In this document: in pieces, positions 25,760 to 40,200 of the stretch | Layout: each line of letters opens with the position of its first letter | Position numbering within the stretch: the first letter of the stretch is position 1 | Assembly (NCBI GenBank): GCA_965153455.1 | Contig: OZ234494.1 | Span: 1,116,001 to 1,180,000, forward strand | Direction: 5' to 3' | Origin: Sphagnum compactum | Lineage: Eukaryota | DNA length: 64,000 bases | Program-made: the position numbers and the translations under genes | Notes under the pieces: model-generated | Told to the model about the DNA's origin: nothing | What the model saw: the letters and a program-made list of their open reading frames with translations, nothing else | Databases searched by the model: none

Positions 25760-27900
25760 TTGGGATTTTTGCAAGCACAATAATATTTTGATTATTTGAA
25801 AAAAATGTTGTAGGAGGAGAAATGCCATTTGTTAGGCTTTTTATGTGGCAAATGATAATAAACCAGAGGATGGCAAAATTCCTCAAGTCATAAGATGTCA
25901 TTTGTGTTACAAAACACTTGTGCTATATAATCCAAGAACAAAACTAAGGAAGGGACTAATTTCATATTATAAGACTAATGGATATTAGTTTTGAAAAAAC
26001 ATGTGGATGTAGAACACAATTTGCTTGCAAAAAAACCTGATGAGGAAGTGAATACTTCAAAGAGAATGAAGTTGAAAAACAACTAGCTAAAAAGAGGAAA
26101 AATGTATCTTCATTTGAAATTTTTAAATTTTTCTTTGCAAAATTCCTTACAAGAAGGATGAAATGCAATAGAAACAATTTTTTGAAGATCTAGCCTTGCT
26201 GATTGTTAAAGTTATTTGCATGTACATTTTTTGGAAGTTGAAGTGATTTGCTTTACAATTGAATCTTCACATTACCTTTCCTTCTATAATAACTTTTTCA
26301 CAAGAGATTTTGCCAACCTTGGTTTAGATTACAAAAGATGTTTATGTTTTACCAAAAAGTTTCTGATGTATGTTAGCTACTACATGTTTTGATTTGTGGA
26401 TGTCAAAAGGTGTTTATGACATTTTTGCCTTGGTCATTAACTTTTTGAACGAACATTGGCAACCTAAGAAAGTGACAATTGGTCTCTTTGAAACAAGAAA
26501 AACAACATGTCAAGTCTTAGTTCGAAATTTGAAAAAACTCTTGGATTCTTATGGGTTAAATAAAAAGATCATTGTTTATGTAAAAGTTAAAGGGGCAACC
26601 TTAAACTCTATGATCATAGCTCTCAAATCTATTGTTAATTATGAGGTTTTAGCATTGGAAGAAAGTTTCAATGGCATCTGTTTTGGTCATGCATTTTCCA
26701 AAACATTTAAGTATGCTATTGCTAAAGAGAAGGTATGAAAAAGTTATAAGTATGTCTCAATCAAATCTGTGCAATTTAATATCCAAAAATGTATAATGTG
26801 GCCAAAAAAATATAAAAAGGGAAACCAAGAATGATGAAAACTTGTATTGAGTTTGGAATTCAACCAAGGAAACTGAATACACCTATTAAAATAAGGTAAG
26901 TGTTTCTTTATTCATCTTTTTATGTTGAATACTTTGTATTATTAAATAAATAAAGAAATATAATTTTTAAAATTAACTATTTGAATTATTTTGCAAGTAG
27001 GGTAATGTTATTCCAAGAGTTATTATCATGTGTTACAACATGCAAACTAATGTTCGAAAGTTTAATCGTGTTCCTCTTCCTGTTATATGGTTCATTTGTT
27101 AAACAATAGTTGATTTTTTGAGCCTTGATATCTGTGTTTGCATCTTGAACCAATCCGTTGGAAATTGGTTATTATTAGATGCCTTGAATTCTGCCATCAC
27201 CATGAGTTTTAAAGCTAGGGATGAAATGTATTTGAGACCTTCTTTTGAATCCTTCATGAATGATAACATTGGATTTTTTTAAGAAGTAGCAACCCTTGCT
27301 TCTAACATTAAATCAAAAGTGTTTGGGGTTTTAGATTCTTTCCTTTCATTCTTGAGGAATATGAAGACAAGAAAACACACTACATGTTGTCTTTGATGTT
27401 TGACCCTAAGTTCAAGAATCTTCATCTTGTTTTTTCATATGTTGGTAAATAACAAGGAATGTTTATTATGGAGCAGTATGATAGGAGAACGCAATATCCA
27501 ATTTTGGTCAAGTCATACAATCACAAGTTTACATCTTGTTGGAGATACTGCTTCTGGTTTTGCAGATCAAGTTGATTAGGACTATGGATTAAATATTTTC
27601 CAGATGACTAGCAACAACGCTAAAATTGCAAAGGAAATTGTAAAAAGGGAATTGGATCTTAGAAGGTTTCATGTGGATCTGAAAGATATAAAAGACCTTT
27701 TTCAATGGTGGGACAAACATGAGTTTAAATTCCCTATAGTTGGCTTTTTTACAAAACAAATATTAGGAATTGTAGGTTCCCAAATTGAGATTAGACACAT
27801 TTTAATGAATCTAGGGTAGGATGTAATATGCCATCATGGTGGAGTTCATAGAAAAGGATGAAATTGTTGGATTTTGAGGAGTTTGAGGAATTTGAAGGGG
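25760..27900 (+). mobile_element. Degenerate hAT transposase with BED-finger remnant
   Basis: FDLWMSKG...FALVINFLNEHWQPKKVTIGLFE (26370-26738), CFGHAFSK, and WWDKHEFKFPIVGFFTKQILGIVGSQIE (27604-27819). N-terminal RCHLC...KKHVDVEH remnant; many stops and frameshifts. Confidence 0.85.
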
Positions 27901-29149
27901 AGTTTGAAAGGGGAATAATTGTAGATATGGATTTTATGAACCATGATGGCATTTTTATTATGATTATAAAAAGAAAAACACAAAAAACCCAAAAAAAAGT
28001 TTTTAAAAATATAAAAAACAGAAAACCTTGATTTATGATAATCAATTTGTGAGATCTGCCCTTGTAATAGGTGGTTTGAAATTCTGTGAGACTTGCTGAC
28101 CTTGAAAATTGCCTTATTAGATTTTTTTTAGAATTATGAAAACCTAGGCAATTCTCAAAATGAAATTTTAAAAAAAAAAGGAAAAAGAAGCTAAACGATT
28201 TTCTAAACCTGCACAGAAAACGAGAACCACCCAACATTGGTTAAAACTAAGATAAAATGAGATACATTTTTGGCCTTTCAGACAACATGTTCAACTCCAA
28301 AATAGTTACGAAGTTTCAAAAAAGTCTGAGAATTTCAAAAAGTTTCAAAACAGTTTATAAAAGTTCCATGCCACTTTTCTGGAGCTTTTCTTTTTGTCTT
28401 CTTGTAGGCCATTCACAATTCTAGAACATTGAAAAAAATTTAATTGAAAGTTTAGCTTAGAGAAGGTTACTAAAGTAGTAGAAGAAGCATTAAAGCATAA
28501 AAGCCAATTAAAAGTGCCCCTCAGCTTTGCCTCAGGCATGCATTAATTTCGAGATCACCCAAATTGAACTTAATACTCAAGGGTACGATGAAAAATTAGG
28601 GGATGAAACCCTAATGGTTATGTATAGTACCATCATTTGTCGAAATTTGAAGGTGACAAAACTTTGGCAATTGATGGTGATTGATGATGGGTCTTGTGAG
28701 TTTTTGTTTTTGTGTTTTCTTGTTTTTTTTGCAAGTTATGAACTTGTTGGGATCTTTATGAATGACGATGTTCAATTTGGAGTGAATCTCCTGATGGGTG
28801 AGCTCTATGGGTTGGAGTGAACCAGTAACCACTAGTGCACTAGTTCGCGATGAGGCCCTTCAAACTATTTTGGGGATGAACCAAAAACACATCCTCTTCC
28901 CTTGCCCATGGATTTTTCAGCCCCCTTCCCTGGCTGAAAGTTTTTCCCTCCTACCTACTCCCCCACCCTCCTACCTACCTCCCTCACCTCATTTCCCGCT
29001 CACTCCATCTCCAGAGCTTGGGAGAGCTCCCGAGCTTGAGTAGCATAGAGCTTCGAAAAAACGTGAGATATAAGGCTTGAGGAAGGTGGAGAGCTCAACG
29101 TTGAAGGAATGTGAAGAGGAGAAAATAAGAGGAGCACTTCATCCCAAAT

Positions 29150-30350
29150 GCAAAAGCGAGAGAAGAAAGGTAAACTCTCTCCCTTTTTTGCATTTTCTTA
29201 CTTCTCTATAGGTTTTTATTTCTTTGTGTTTTTTTCCTTTTCTTCTGGTTGAGAAGAAGAAAATGCTCAGGAGAAAGCGCTTGAAACGAAAAGGTAGAAA
29301 CAAGAGGCCAGAAGCGAGAACCAAAAGTGAGAGGGCAGAGCGAGAGCTTGAAGGTAAGCTCCCTCCCTTCTTTACATTTTTTTTCATCTCTATGGTTTTT
29401 TTTTTCTTTGTTTTTTTTTCTTTTCTTCTATTTGAGAAGGAGATGCCAGGAGAAAGCGTTTGAAACAGAAGGGTAGAAGCGGGAGCCAAAAGTGAAAGGG
29501 TAGAGTGGGAGCTTGAAGGAAACCTCCCTCCTTTCTCTGCATTTCTTTTCTTCTTTATGGTTTTTTTTTTCTTTGTTTTTTTTTTTCTTCTGCTTGAAAA
29601 GAAGAAGATGCCAAGAGAAAGCGTTTGAAACAAAAGCGTAGAAGCGGGAGCCAAAAGCGAGAGGGTAGAGTGGGAGCTTGAAGGAAAGCTTCCTCCCTTC
29701 TCTGCATTTCTTTTTTTCTCTATGGTTTTTTTTTTTCTTTCTTTTCTTCTGCTTGAAAAGTAAAAGATGCTAGGAGAAAACGTTTGAAACAGATGGATAG
29801 AAGCAAGAGCCAAAAGTGAGAGGGCAGAGCAGGAGCTTGAAGGTAAGCTCCTTCCCTTCTCTTGGTTTTTTTTTATTGTTTTCTTGTGTGTTTTGTCTTC
29901 TTTGTGTTTGAGAAGAAGAAGACGACGGCAATGTGCTATCGTCTTCTTTTGTGGTGGTGTTGTAGAGAAGAAAAAGACGATGGCAATGTGTTGTTGTCTT
30001 CTTCTATGGTGTTGTTGCAACGAAAAAGGCGATGGCAACTTGTTGCCATCGCCTTCTTCTCTACTGGTGTTCAAGCAAAGAAGGCAACGATAACTTGCTA
30101 CCGTTGCCTTTCTTTTGTGTTAGAAAAGAGTAAGACAATGACAATGTGTTGTTGTCTTCTTCTGTGGTGCTATTGGAACAAAGAAGGCAACGACAACAAG
30201 CTGCCATCGCCTTCTTCTCTGTGTCTAAGAAGAAGAAGAAGAAGAAAAAGAGGACGGCGTGGTAACGCGCTGTCATCTTCTTCTATGGTGGTGTTCTAGC
30301 GAAGAAGGCGATGGTAGCTTGTTGCCATCGCCTTCTTCTTTAGTGGTGTT
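29150..30350. repeat. Tandem low-complexity repeat arrays
   Basis: About four ~165-bp units (gagcttgaagg...ctccctt...gcgtttgaaac) followed by shorter gaagaagacgatggcaa...gtcttctt units; these produce the Lys/Phe-rich spurious ORFs. Confidence 0.85.
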
Positions 30351-33300
30351 AAGGTTTAATTTGGTGGTTTTTAGGTGTTTATAAGGTTTAGGGCACAACA
30401 AAGGAAGAGTTTATTGTAAATGCAGTTCAAGCTAAGATGCAACGTTGCCATCTATACACTGCTCGTCATGCAAACAAAGGCTAAGGGCTACAAATGCAGC
30501 AACTTCTTACAGAATTAAACACGAGATTATAGATAATGATATGGTTTAGGGTTTCCACTTTATATAGTTAGCTAGGTTTCGTTAGCCTTTTCATTTTTTG
30601 GACTACCCAATTTTTGAATTTTGTTCTTTTGATATATTATAGAGAACCTTTTTTTTATTATGTTTTTTAGCATTTTTTGATCCATTCATATTTGTACATC
30701 TTTTATCAATATAATATTTTCTTCTAGTCACACTTGTTTGATGGGTATATGGTTAATTATATGTCTTTTTTTTCATAATCTTCTTAGTATTTTAGATGTA
30801 AGAATCAAAACTTAAATATGCCATACGAATAGGTAACATTAATTTGTCTGAGGTTTACAAAGATCAAAATGAACATTGTACAATACCTACATCCTTTGTA
30901 TAAGGTCATTTCAAATATGCAATACCCACATATAGGTTTTGTAAATAGTTGCTAATTTTTTTACATCCATTGCAATACCAGCATATAGGTCTTATAAATA
31001 GTTGGTTTTTTAAACATCTATTGTAATATTCGCATATAGGTTTAATAGTTCATTTTTTTAATATCCATTACAATACTCGCATATAGGTCCATAAATAGTT
31101 GTTGATTTTTAACATCTTGTGCAATACTTGCATATAGGTTTCCATTGTAATATTTATGGGACTCACATGACATAATAATTTAGTTTACTATCAACAAATA
31201 ATGTCATAATTAAGGAATTACAAAAAAATAATTTTAGATAATATAAATGATTGATTATCATATTTAAACAATCAGTTATTTCATAATATAAATTAACTGA
31301 TTATTTGGTTGAATTTTAATTATTCAGATAATTAAAATTTAGATCTAAAAATCAAATGAATAATTTGATATTTAATTTATTATCTTAATTAAATTTTTTA
31401 TGTTGATAAGTTATTCAAATCATTATTTTTGATAATTATTCATGATAATTAATTGTCATAAAATTAATTTAGATATATATAAAGAAACATATTTTGGGTA
31501 CCCAAACCACTTATTTTGAAGTGACCTTACATGTGGATATTGCATTTACGGTTGATTATTCACCTAAGGTTGTCTAAATCACCTATGGATTATTTCAAAA
31601 TGAACTTGCAGCAGGAATTGCATATAAGTTTTGGTTTTCATTGAAAGGCCACCCAAACTACATACTAGTTATTTCGAAATGACCCTACATGTGGGTATTG
31701 CATTTAAAGTTGGGTCTACACCTTAAGTTACCTAAATCACTTAAGGGTTATATTAAAACAAACTTGAATATGGGTATTGCATTTAGGGTAACAAAAAAAA
31801 GGTATTTCTATTACCATTTGGTAATATTTCCAAGTTAAGTTCTTTCATTTTTAAAAAAAAAATATAAAATGACATTGTATTGTTTTACATATGTTTAAGC
31901 CTTAAAAATTCCACCCAAAATGCACCTTAGATTTATTTTAATTATTATAAACTTGTAAAAAAAATGTTAATTAATTTATATGTCCTAAACTCTAAACTTA
32001 AACCATAATTCTAACATTAAATAGTAAATTTTACATTAAACCCTAACCCCATGTAGCATCAATGTGACCAATTTTGCATTATGTTCATTTTTATATATGT
32101 TAAATCATACTATAAGGTGAATAAATAATTTTGAAAACATGAATTTCATGATGTATTGGTGGGGAATCAAATATTTAAAAAATATTTTTATGTTTCATGG
32201 TTAATGAATTATCACAATATGATAATGGGTATTACATTTAAACAAAAGTGGGTTAGGAAATATTGAACTTTAACAACTATGGAACATATGGAAACAAAGG
32301 AGATTCATAATTATGTTATAAATCTAAACAAGTGGTAAAAATAAAAACCAATACAATGAGCAAAGTCTAAAGTATAAACCTTAAGCCTTGATATATATGA
32401 ACCAAATTCCCAAACATTAAATCACAAGGCATAACCCTAAAAATCCAAATGATATTTTTCCATAAGCCCTATTACAACCTTAATTATACAAACCTTAACA
32501 AAACATAATCCGAATGATTTATGTCCTAAACCCAAAAAACTATACAAAGTATACAAATTATATAATGTAAAAGAAAAAAATTCAAAAAAACATAGGAAAA
32601 ATTTTAGAAACCAAATTTTAAAGCTTTTAAATTACAAAAATTTACTCACCAAAAGAATACCTTAATATTCAAAAACAATCAAATAAATTTTGTAAAAACC
32701 AAAAGAAAAGATATGTCTCTTACCTTTGTGTGATCTCTCCAAACTAATTTTTTCCACTCTTTTTCAAAAAGATATAGAATGAAATTATATTACTTCTCAT
32801 ATGTTTAAACACTAAAATTTTCCCCCCAAATTTAGCCTAATTTAGGTTAATTACTATAAATTTGTGAAAATTTGCTAACTAATTTATGTGTCCCAACCTT
32901 AAACCTAAACCTTAATTCAATAATACATATTTATAACAATTACATGAAAAGATGTACTATAATGTCCATTCCATAAATAAATTAGATAAATAAAATTTAA
33001 TAAAATATGCATTAACTAAACCAAAATGGCTGCAATTATGGCATTGTTCCATTGTAAATTGTTTGTAATAACTACATATGGGAACCTATGTTCATCATCC
33101 ATGAATTAAGGCCCACAGTAATAAATTGATAGGTAGGATTGGGGGGTTGGGGGGTGGGAAAAGTGAGTAGGTAATTAATTAGGTATTTGGTTATGTAAAA
33201 AAATAGGTAGGTAGGTCAACATAGTGGTAAGTAGAAGGTGGGTGCATAGGTAGGTAAGTAGGTATATAGGTTGGTAGTTGGGTTAGTACGCAGTTAGTAA

Positions 33301-36300
33301 GTAAAAAAGAAGTTCAAGGAACAAGGTAAATAGGTTGTTAGAGTAGATAAATATGTAGGTAGGGAAGTTAGTAGGTAGGAAGAAAGTTAAACTAACAAGG
33401 TAACTAAGTAGATAGGCAAGTTAATATGTAGAAAACAAGATATTTTATCAAGGTGATTAGGTTTGTAAAATACTTATGTCAATAGGGTGCTTGTGTATAT
33501 AGGGTTGGTAAATAATAATGTAACTAGGTCAGTAGGGTATGTAGTTAGTACAATGGTTATGTAAGTAAGGAAGTTAAGTTAGTAAGGTATGTAGTTAACA
33601 GGGTAGCTAGGTTAGTAGGGTAGGTAGTTAATATAGTTAGGTCAGTAGGATAACTAGTTATTAAGGTATTTATGTTAGTAGGGGATAATTAGTAAGGTAC
33701 CAAGGTTGGTACAGTACTTATGAGGGTAAGATGGTGAGTAGGGTAGCTATGTGTGAGGTCAGGTCCAAGGAAAAAATAGCGAAGAACAAAACCCCCAAAA
33801 AAAAAGAATAATGGTCAGCAGTGAAAAGAAACGGACTGTGATGAACCCCATCTGACGTCAAATGAAAACACGTAGCTCATCCAGTGGATTGAAAGGTCAA
33901 CTGGTGCATTGGTGACTGCTGGTTCACTCTGGCCAGCTCTATGTGATGTGGAGCAACCGGTCAGATCTTCTTTGTTGGATGTCAATCAAGTTTGAACGGT
34001 GGTTGAAGCCACAAAGGGTTACAAAGTTTCTGCGATGAAGGGAAGTTTTTCAGCACTCATTGTGGCTTGGTTTTTAGTTTTAGTTTTTGGATTTGGTTCT
34101 GTTGAAGGTTTTAGTTTTGGGAGTAAGAGGGGACACATTGGAAGGAAAATGCCAGAAGGTGTGAGTTTCATAAATACTGAGGGCTGATAGAATTTTCGTT
34201 GCACTATTCATCCTTTAGAGTGTTTCACAATAAAAGTAGGAGCTTATGATTGGGGGGATGATAGGGATCTTGAGAGTGATAGAGTTTGGCAGAACAAAAC
34301 TCTTGGGGATTAAGTGGGGATGAGAGAACAGAGCGCGGATTCTCAGGAACTCAAATGCACATTGTGCATTTGTCCCGGGTGGTATTTCATCTGTGAATCT
34401 AGTAGGGGTAGTGGATTGCATCAGACAAATCCCTGGGGAAAAGTTTATCTACAGCAGGAGATACTATCAAATCTTCTCTCACACCATGTTCTCAAATCCT
34501 CAAGGTCTTTTGATTGGTAGGCATTTAAGGGTGTCGCATTCTGTGGGGTGATCGGAGTCTGTGAGGATGGAGCTTGTTGTTTTGCCAACACTGTCAGTGG
34601 AAATTCATGAGAGAAGGATTCGAGTGATCTGACCCCGTAGGCTCTTAGAATTTAACCTTATATGCAAGTGATGTGGATTGTGTTCAAGGTTATGGACTTT
34701 TGATGTGATGAGAACTTAACTTACATGTGCCCCTGTTTTTTCGTTACAAGGGTTTCTTCAATAACACATAGTCTGAACAGCCAATGAAACCCATTCAGTG
34801 ACCCTATGCTCCAAGGCTCCAAAAGGGGAAAATGGACATTCCAACAAAGATTGCTCCAGAAAGTTGTTCCAAAAAGTTGAAATTCTATAAAGACAATGGA
34901 TGAATATGTAAAGCCGGATAGATTGTGACAAATGATGGATCAAATGTGAAAATTGTTGTACTATGCATGCACATCAATACCGTTATGTAAAGTCTAACCT
35001 GAGACTTTCCAAAATATTTTATAGACAACAACCTCTGTAACAAGCATGCCCAAACTTGTCACACGTGTTTAGTTGCAAGACCTGCTTGAGCAATCTGCTG
35101 CCAACCCAAAAAACATTCAACACTACAACTGACCTATCACATGGACAGAGTGCGCTCCACTATTAAGAAATTGATGCAACAAAGTTTTAAAGTCTCTAGA
35201 AGTACACAATCTGCTGCCAATGAAAATAAAATTTTCATTACAACTAACCTATCACATGGATGGAATGCACTATATTGCTAAGAAATTGACACAACATTGT
35301 CTTTAAGTGCATTAGTGCAGTAAGCTTGCTAAACTTTATTAATGAAGGCTTCAATTGGGGAGAAGGGGATGACATAAAGGGAGAGAATCTTATGAGTCCC
35401 TTACTCATTGGGCATAGATAAAGGGGGGATGGGCCATGTAGTTGTCCCAGTTCAAGGGAAAAAAGTAATTTCCATGACAACTGACCTAACACATGGTCGG
35501 AATGTACTATCACTATATGGATGGAGTGTACTCTACCAGTAAGAAATTGATGCAACAAAGTTTTTAAACCCCTTAGTGCGGTAAGCTTGCTAATTATACT
35601 ATTTTATTTTGTGAGCCTGGTTTATTTCTTAAACGTTTTATAAAATTTACTTCCAAAGTAAAACCATATAACAAAATCCCTTAGTTTGAACTGAAGTAAT
35701 TTTTTCTCCTCATTTTCATGGAAATGCAAAAAAGGTGACCCCAGCAGCCTCTTGAGTGAAATGAAGAGCTGAGTAGATGCCACACGCAAACAACTTGGAG
35801 CTTTTGGGGGAAAAGGTGCACCTGCAAGCAAATGGAATCATGTAGCACACACAAAATGTCAAGAAGGATTTGGAGGAAAGATATGATCCGCAGTTCCGTA
35901 GATCCACATGAGGCCTATGCTGGCAAGATGCTTTTTCAATGTATCTCATTTGATTTTATTTTTTATTTTTTGAAGAAGAAGGCAACAGGTTGCGATCACA
36001 ATCGAATGAGCCAACCATGACGAAACACTCAAGGACTACAATACTATTTGTGGTTATTTTCATTTTTTCAGAGAAAAGGTTTTTGGGATGAAATTTTTTA
36101 TAATATGTTATTAAAAATATATATCATTTTTTTAATATATCGCAATTTTTTTATTAACTTTTTATGAGTAATTATTTTTTTGAAAAAATGTACAGATTTT
36201 ATTAAATTTTGCGTTTTGGTTTGAAATTATTTTAATTTTAAATTGTTTATAAATATGTTAATTATTTAATGTTTTTCTTTGTTTTTTTATAAACTATAAT

Positions 36301-37243
36301 TTTATTTAAATGTTATGTTCATTACACCCTGTTTATCTTGTGGTAAAGGACATTTAAAATTTTGTTCAATAAATTTTTAATTTTTAAAATTTTTAAATTG
36401 TGAGTGCTTTTTGAGTGTGGATAATCAATTAACATTATTTTATTTGTTTTCTAATAAAAAAATATAAAGAATTTTTTTAATTTAATAATTTATAAAACTG
36501 ATTCCTTTTCATTCAAGTGGTGTTCCAATTCAAAAGTGCTTTACTAAAATCAAAATTCAAAATATTAATTTTTTTTAAAAAAAATTCTTAACATTCATAT
36601 TAATTATTTAACAATACATTTCATGACTAACATGGCATTAAAGTGACACGAAAAAATATATGTAACAAAATTATAATTTTTATAGAGTTTTGACCATTGC
36701 TAGATGTGTTTTTCGACTCATTTAATTGTGACTGCACCCAATAGGAAATTCGACAAACAAGTAAATTCGAGTAACTTGGGTGCCAATACACCCAAGTCTG
36801 CTTTGTTTGGTCCACTTATTTAAACATTCACCTTTGATAAAAAGAAAAAGCTCTTATTTCTTCATCACTTTGTTCTCAAAGTGGTTGGAGGGTTACACAA
36901 TTGTTATACTTTTTTTTGGCAAGGATCTTTGGTGGATAATTTGATATAAAAGTTGTTGTTGCGATGTGAAGGATTACAAATTGTGTTTCTGTGGAATAGG
37001 TGATCATAACTATTTCAGTGATTTTGTGCATTTCAAAGTTCGTTTGTGAAGAAGAAGAAGAGGATACGGGGTCCGGTTGCAGTAGATCTTTAGAGCTTGA
37101 GATAATTGAGTGTGAAAGCTCATGTACTGAAGCTAGCTCTTGCAAAAAAATTCAAGCTGAAGTTGAGGGACTTGAGAGAGAGAGCTAGCTAGTAGCTACT
37201 TCAGGAGACGTCATTAGCAGTAGTAGTAAAGACATTGAGCATC

Positions 37244-40200
37244 ATGGCGTTGCACGTGAGTACTATGTTGTTTTCGAGTACTAGTCCTGAAATTGCCATG
37301 CCGAGTCAGTATTCTTCAGCTGGTGCAACCCGGGAGAGAACGATGTCATATACTGCAATTTGTAATCGGAGATCACCGACCAGCTCGCTGGCTACACCTG
37401 CATTCATCTGGAAACGGAGCATGAGTACTTATAACCCATCTCATGCAGTTTTCATGAATGGGCAATTGAAGCATATTCAAGTTGGAATTACTCGCAGCAA
37501 TCGACAGCGCCAGGTAGTTAGGGAGTTGCGGTTGACATCTTTTGATGACTCGAACTCGGCGCGCAGAGACGCTGCTGCAACAACAACAAGAAGAGAAGTT
37601 CGAGCTCAGATCGCGGAAGTGGGACCTTGGAGATCAGCAGCAGCATCAGTAGCTGGCGGTAATTTAATCAAGACAGCAGTTTTGAAAACGGCAGAGACAT
37701 TACTAGCGACTTGGATAGAAGTAGGCCAATCGAGAACGGTATCACCTCTGATAAACCCATCTGCCCCACAGATGTTCACGGTTGGAAATTTCGCACCTGT
37801 TGATCGTGAATGCCCTCCGGACGAGAACGTGGAGATTGAGTCCGGGACTATCCCCAGCTGCTTGAATGACGGGGTGTATTTGAGAAACGGCGGCAATCCT
37901 CGCCATGAGCCGGGCTTTGGTTACCATTACTTCGATGGCGACGGTATGTTGCACATAATCAAGTTCCGCGACGGCAAAGCCACCTATTGCTGCCGCTACA
38001 TTCGCACCAACAGGTACGCACAAAGGACATCTTTCCATTAGGCTGCTATGATCGGAGCAGCTTCCCAATATGTTTTTTCAAGTCGCTGTGCTCATAGTCA
38101 TCTCACAGCTCTACAGGTCAATTGCAGGAGCTGTGAGGGTAGCGAGTCAAACTGTGACTCACCATACAATGACATCTGTCCTTTCTTCCATGACAACACT
38201 TGTTTCCAGAGTTCCTAACATGATTAATCACACATTTTCACCACAGTTGCAGCTCTCGAATGTGAAGCAACTGTCCCTGCAACAAGAAACAAGGCCCTGT
38301 GTTAGTGGCTTCCCTTTGAAACATGTGTTTCAAGAGATCCCAACATGATTCATTACATATTTTCATCACAATTTGCAGCTCTCCAATGGAAAGTCACTGT
38401 CCTTGCAACAAGAAACAAGGCGGTATGTCAGTGGCATTCGTTTAGAACATGTATTTCCAGAGTTCTAACATGATTAATTACATATTTTCATCACAGTTGC
38501 AGCTTTCCAATGGAAAGTGACTGTCCTTGCAGGAAGAAACAAGACCCTATGTCAGTGGCTTTCCATTAGGCCCGGGCTGCTGTGATGAGAGTTACACGCA
38601 GTGTCCTGTGAGCAGCCTGATAGAAAGAGACCCCTGTACCTTACATCATTGTTCTAGTAAAATGAAGCTCCAGAAACAATGAAGCTCGGAAGGACTTATA
38701 ATCATGTGTTGTACTTGGTGTGAACTTGAGCTGCACTAGGTTCATACAAGAGGAGAAGGCAGGCAAGCCTTTATTTCCGAAGATGATGGGGGAGATACAC
38801 GGGTTGATTGGGTTGGCACGCTTAGCACTGTTTGGTCTTCGAGCTATGCTAGGTGTGCTTGACCCTGCTGGTGGTATCGGGACTGCCAATGCAGGCTTGG
38901 CGTTCTTCAATGGCAAATTGTTGGCAATGTCGGAGGATGATCAACCTTATGCCGTTCATATCACAGATGATGGAGACGTCCGCACCATTGGAAGGTAGGT
39001 TCTGAGTTCTTCCCAACAAAACCTCGTGATCTAGTTTGTCCCGAGACTTTGCTGGTGCACACAGTCGATCTTGTTTGCTTTCTTGCACTCTGGAGTCGTA
39101 AAGAGTAAAGGTCCGGTAGATTTTTTCTAGTGTATTTTTAGGACGATTTTGTCTTCACATTATTCAAACATACCTCCTCGAAAGATCCGCTTTCAGTACC
39201 TAAAGTTTAGCTTCAGGAAAAAAATTTAATTTTTTTGGGCAAAACTTAATTAAAAAAAAGTGTGAAAAGTTACTATCGTCATAATTTTATTTATTAAATT
39301 TATATATTTTGAGTAATAACCAGATTTGGCTATGTATTAAAGGACCAATTGCATGTTTTTCAACAAGAAATCTCCATTTTGGCTACTACAATGTGAATTT
39401 TCTCTTTGCGCATTAGTCATCGTTCACACCTACTCCTCGTTAGATTCGCTTTCCATTTAGCGAAAGGACATAATACCAAAAAAAGCATAGAAAAAGTGGA
39501 AAGATGGAAAATTGTTGAAAGAAAAATCTACCAGGATCTTTACCGAGGTGAAGGTTCCGCTGGTAGTACCTTCCAGATTTTGGGGCCCCTCCTCTCGGCC
39601 TAAAAAATCTGGCCTAATGGCCTCAGGTGGGCCCTCAAATCCGGAAGGTACTACCATGCAAAACCTTCTCCTACACCTAAAGTCTCGTGCTGGGTCTGTT
39701 GCACTCTTTAGACTTCCTTAAGGGTCTTGTTTGGTGTCTTGCTCTCTTGAATACTTAAGCTCTTGTTTGCTCTCTTGCACTCTCGAGTCCTTAAAGGCTT
39801 TTGTTTGGTCTCTTGCACTCTGGTCCTTAAGCCTCATGGGACCTTTTCCTTAGCTGTTCGGATCCCAGACTTGCATGTTAATAAGCTGGTTTAGCACCCA
39901 CCAGAGCACTTTGAAAAATCTCCAGTTCAGCTCCAAACTTCCTATGTTCTCAAAGAATATTATCATTAAGCTCACAATGGTGTCCAATGGAAGTTTGGAA
40001 GTTTCTATGATTGTGTCTAATTTGGCACTCCTGTCTGGACTCTGGGGGCGCGATAGTACACAATCAGTTTGGCTGAACAAGGACGCCAGCTCTCTAAACC
40101 ATTTGATGATTTTGGCTCAAAAGCACCACCAAAACTTAAGCCATATGGTTGCCAAATCCATTTCATGGCTGAAATCTGGCAACATTCCACCACTAAATAA

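Noticed and set aside
28829-28845. CACTA transposon end (cactagtgcactagt)
   Set aside because: No matching opposite terminus or 3-bp TSD could be located.
29139-30299. 311-aa and 145-aa ORFs
   Set aside because: They are translations of Lys/Ser/Phe-rich tandem repeats with no domain features.
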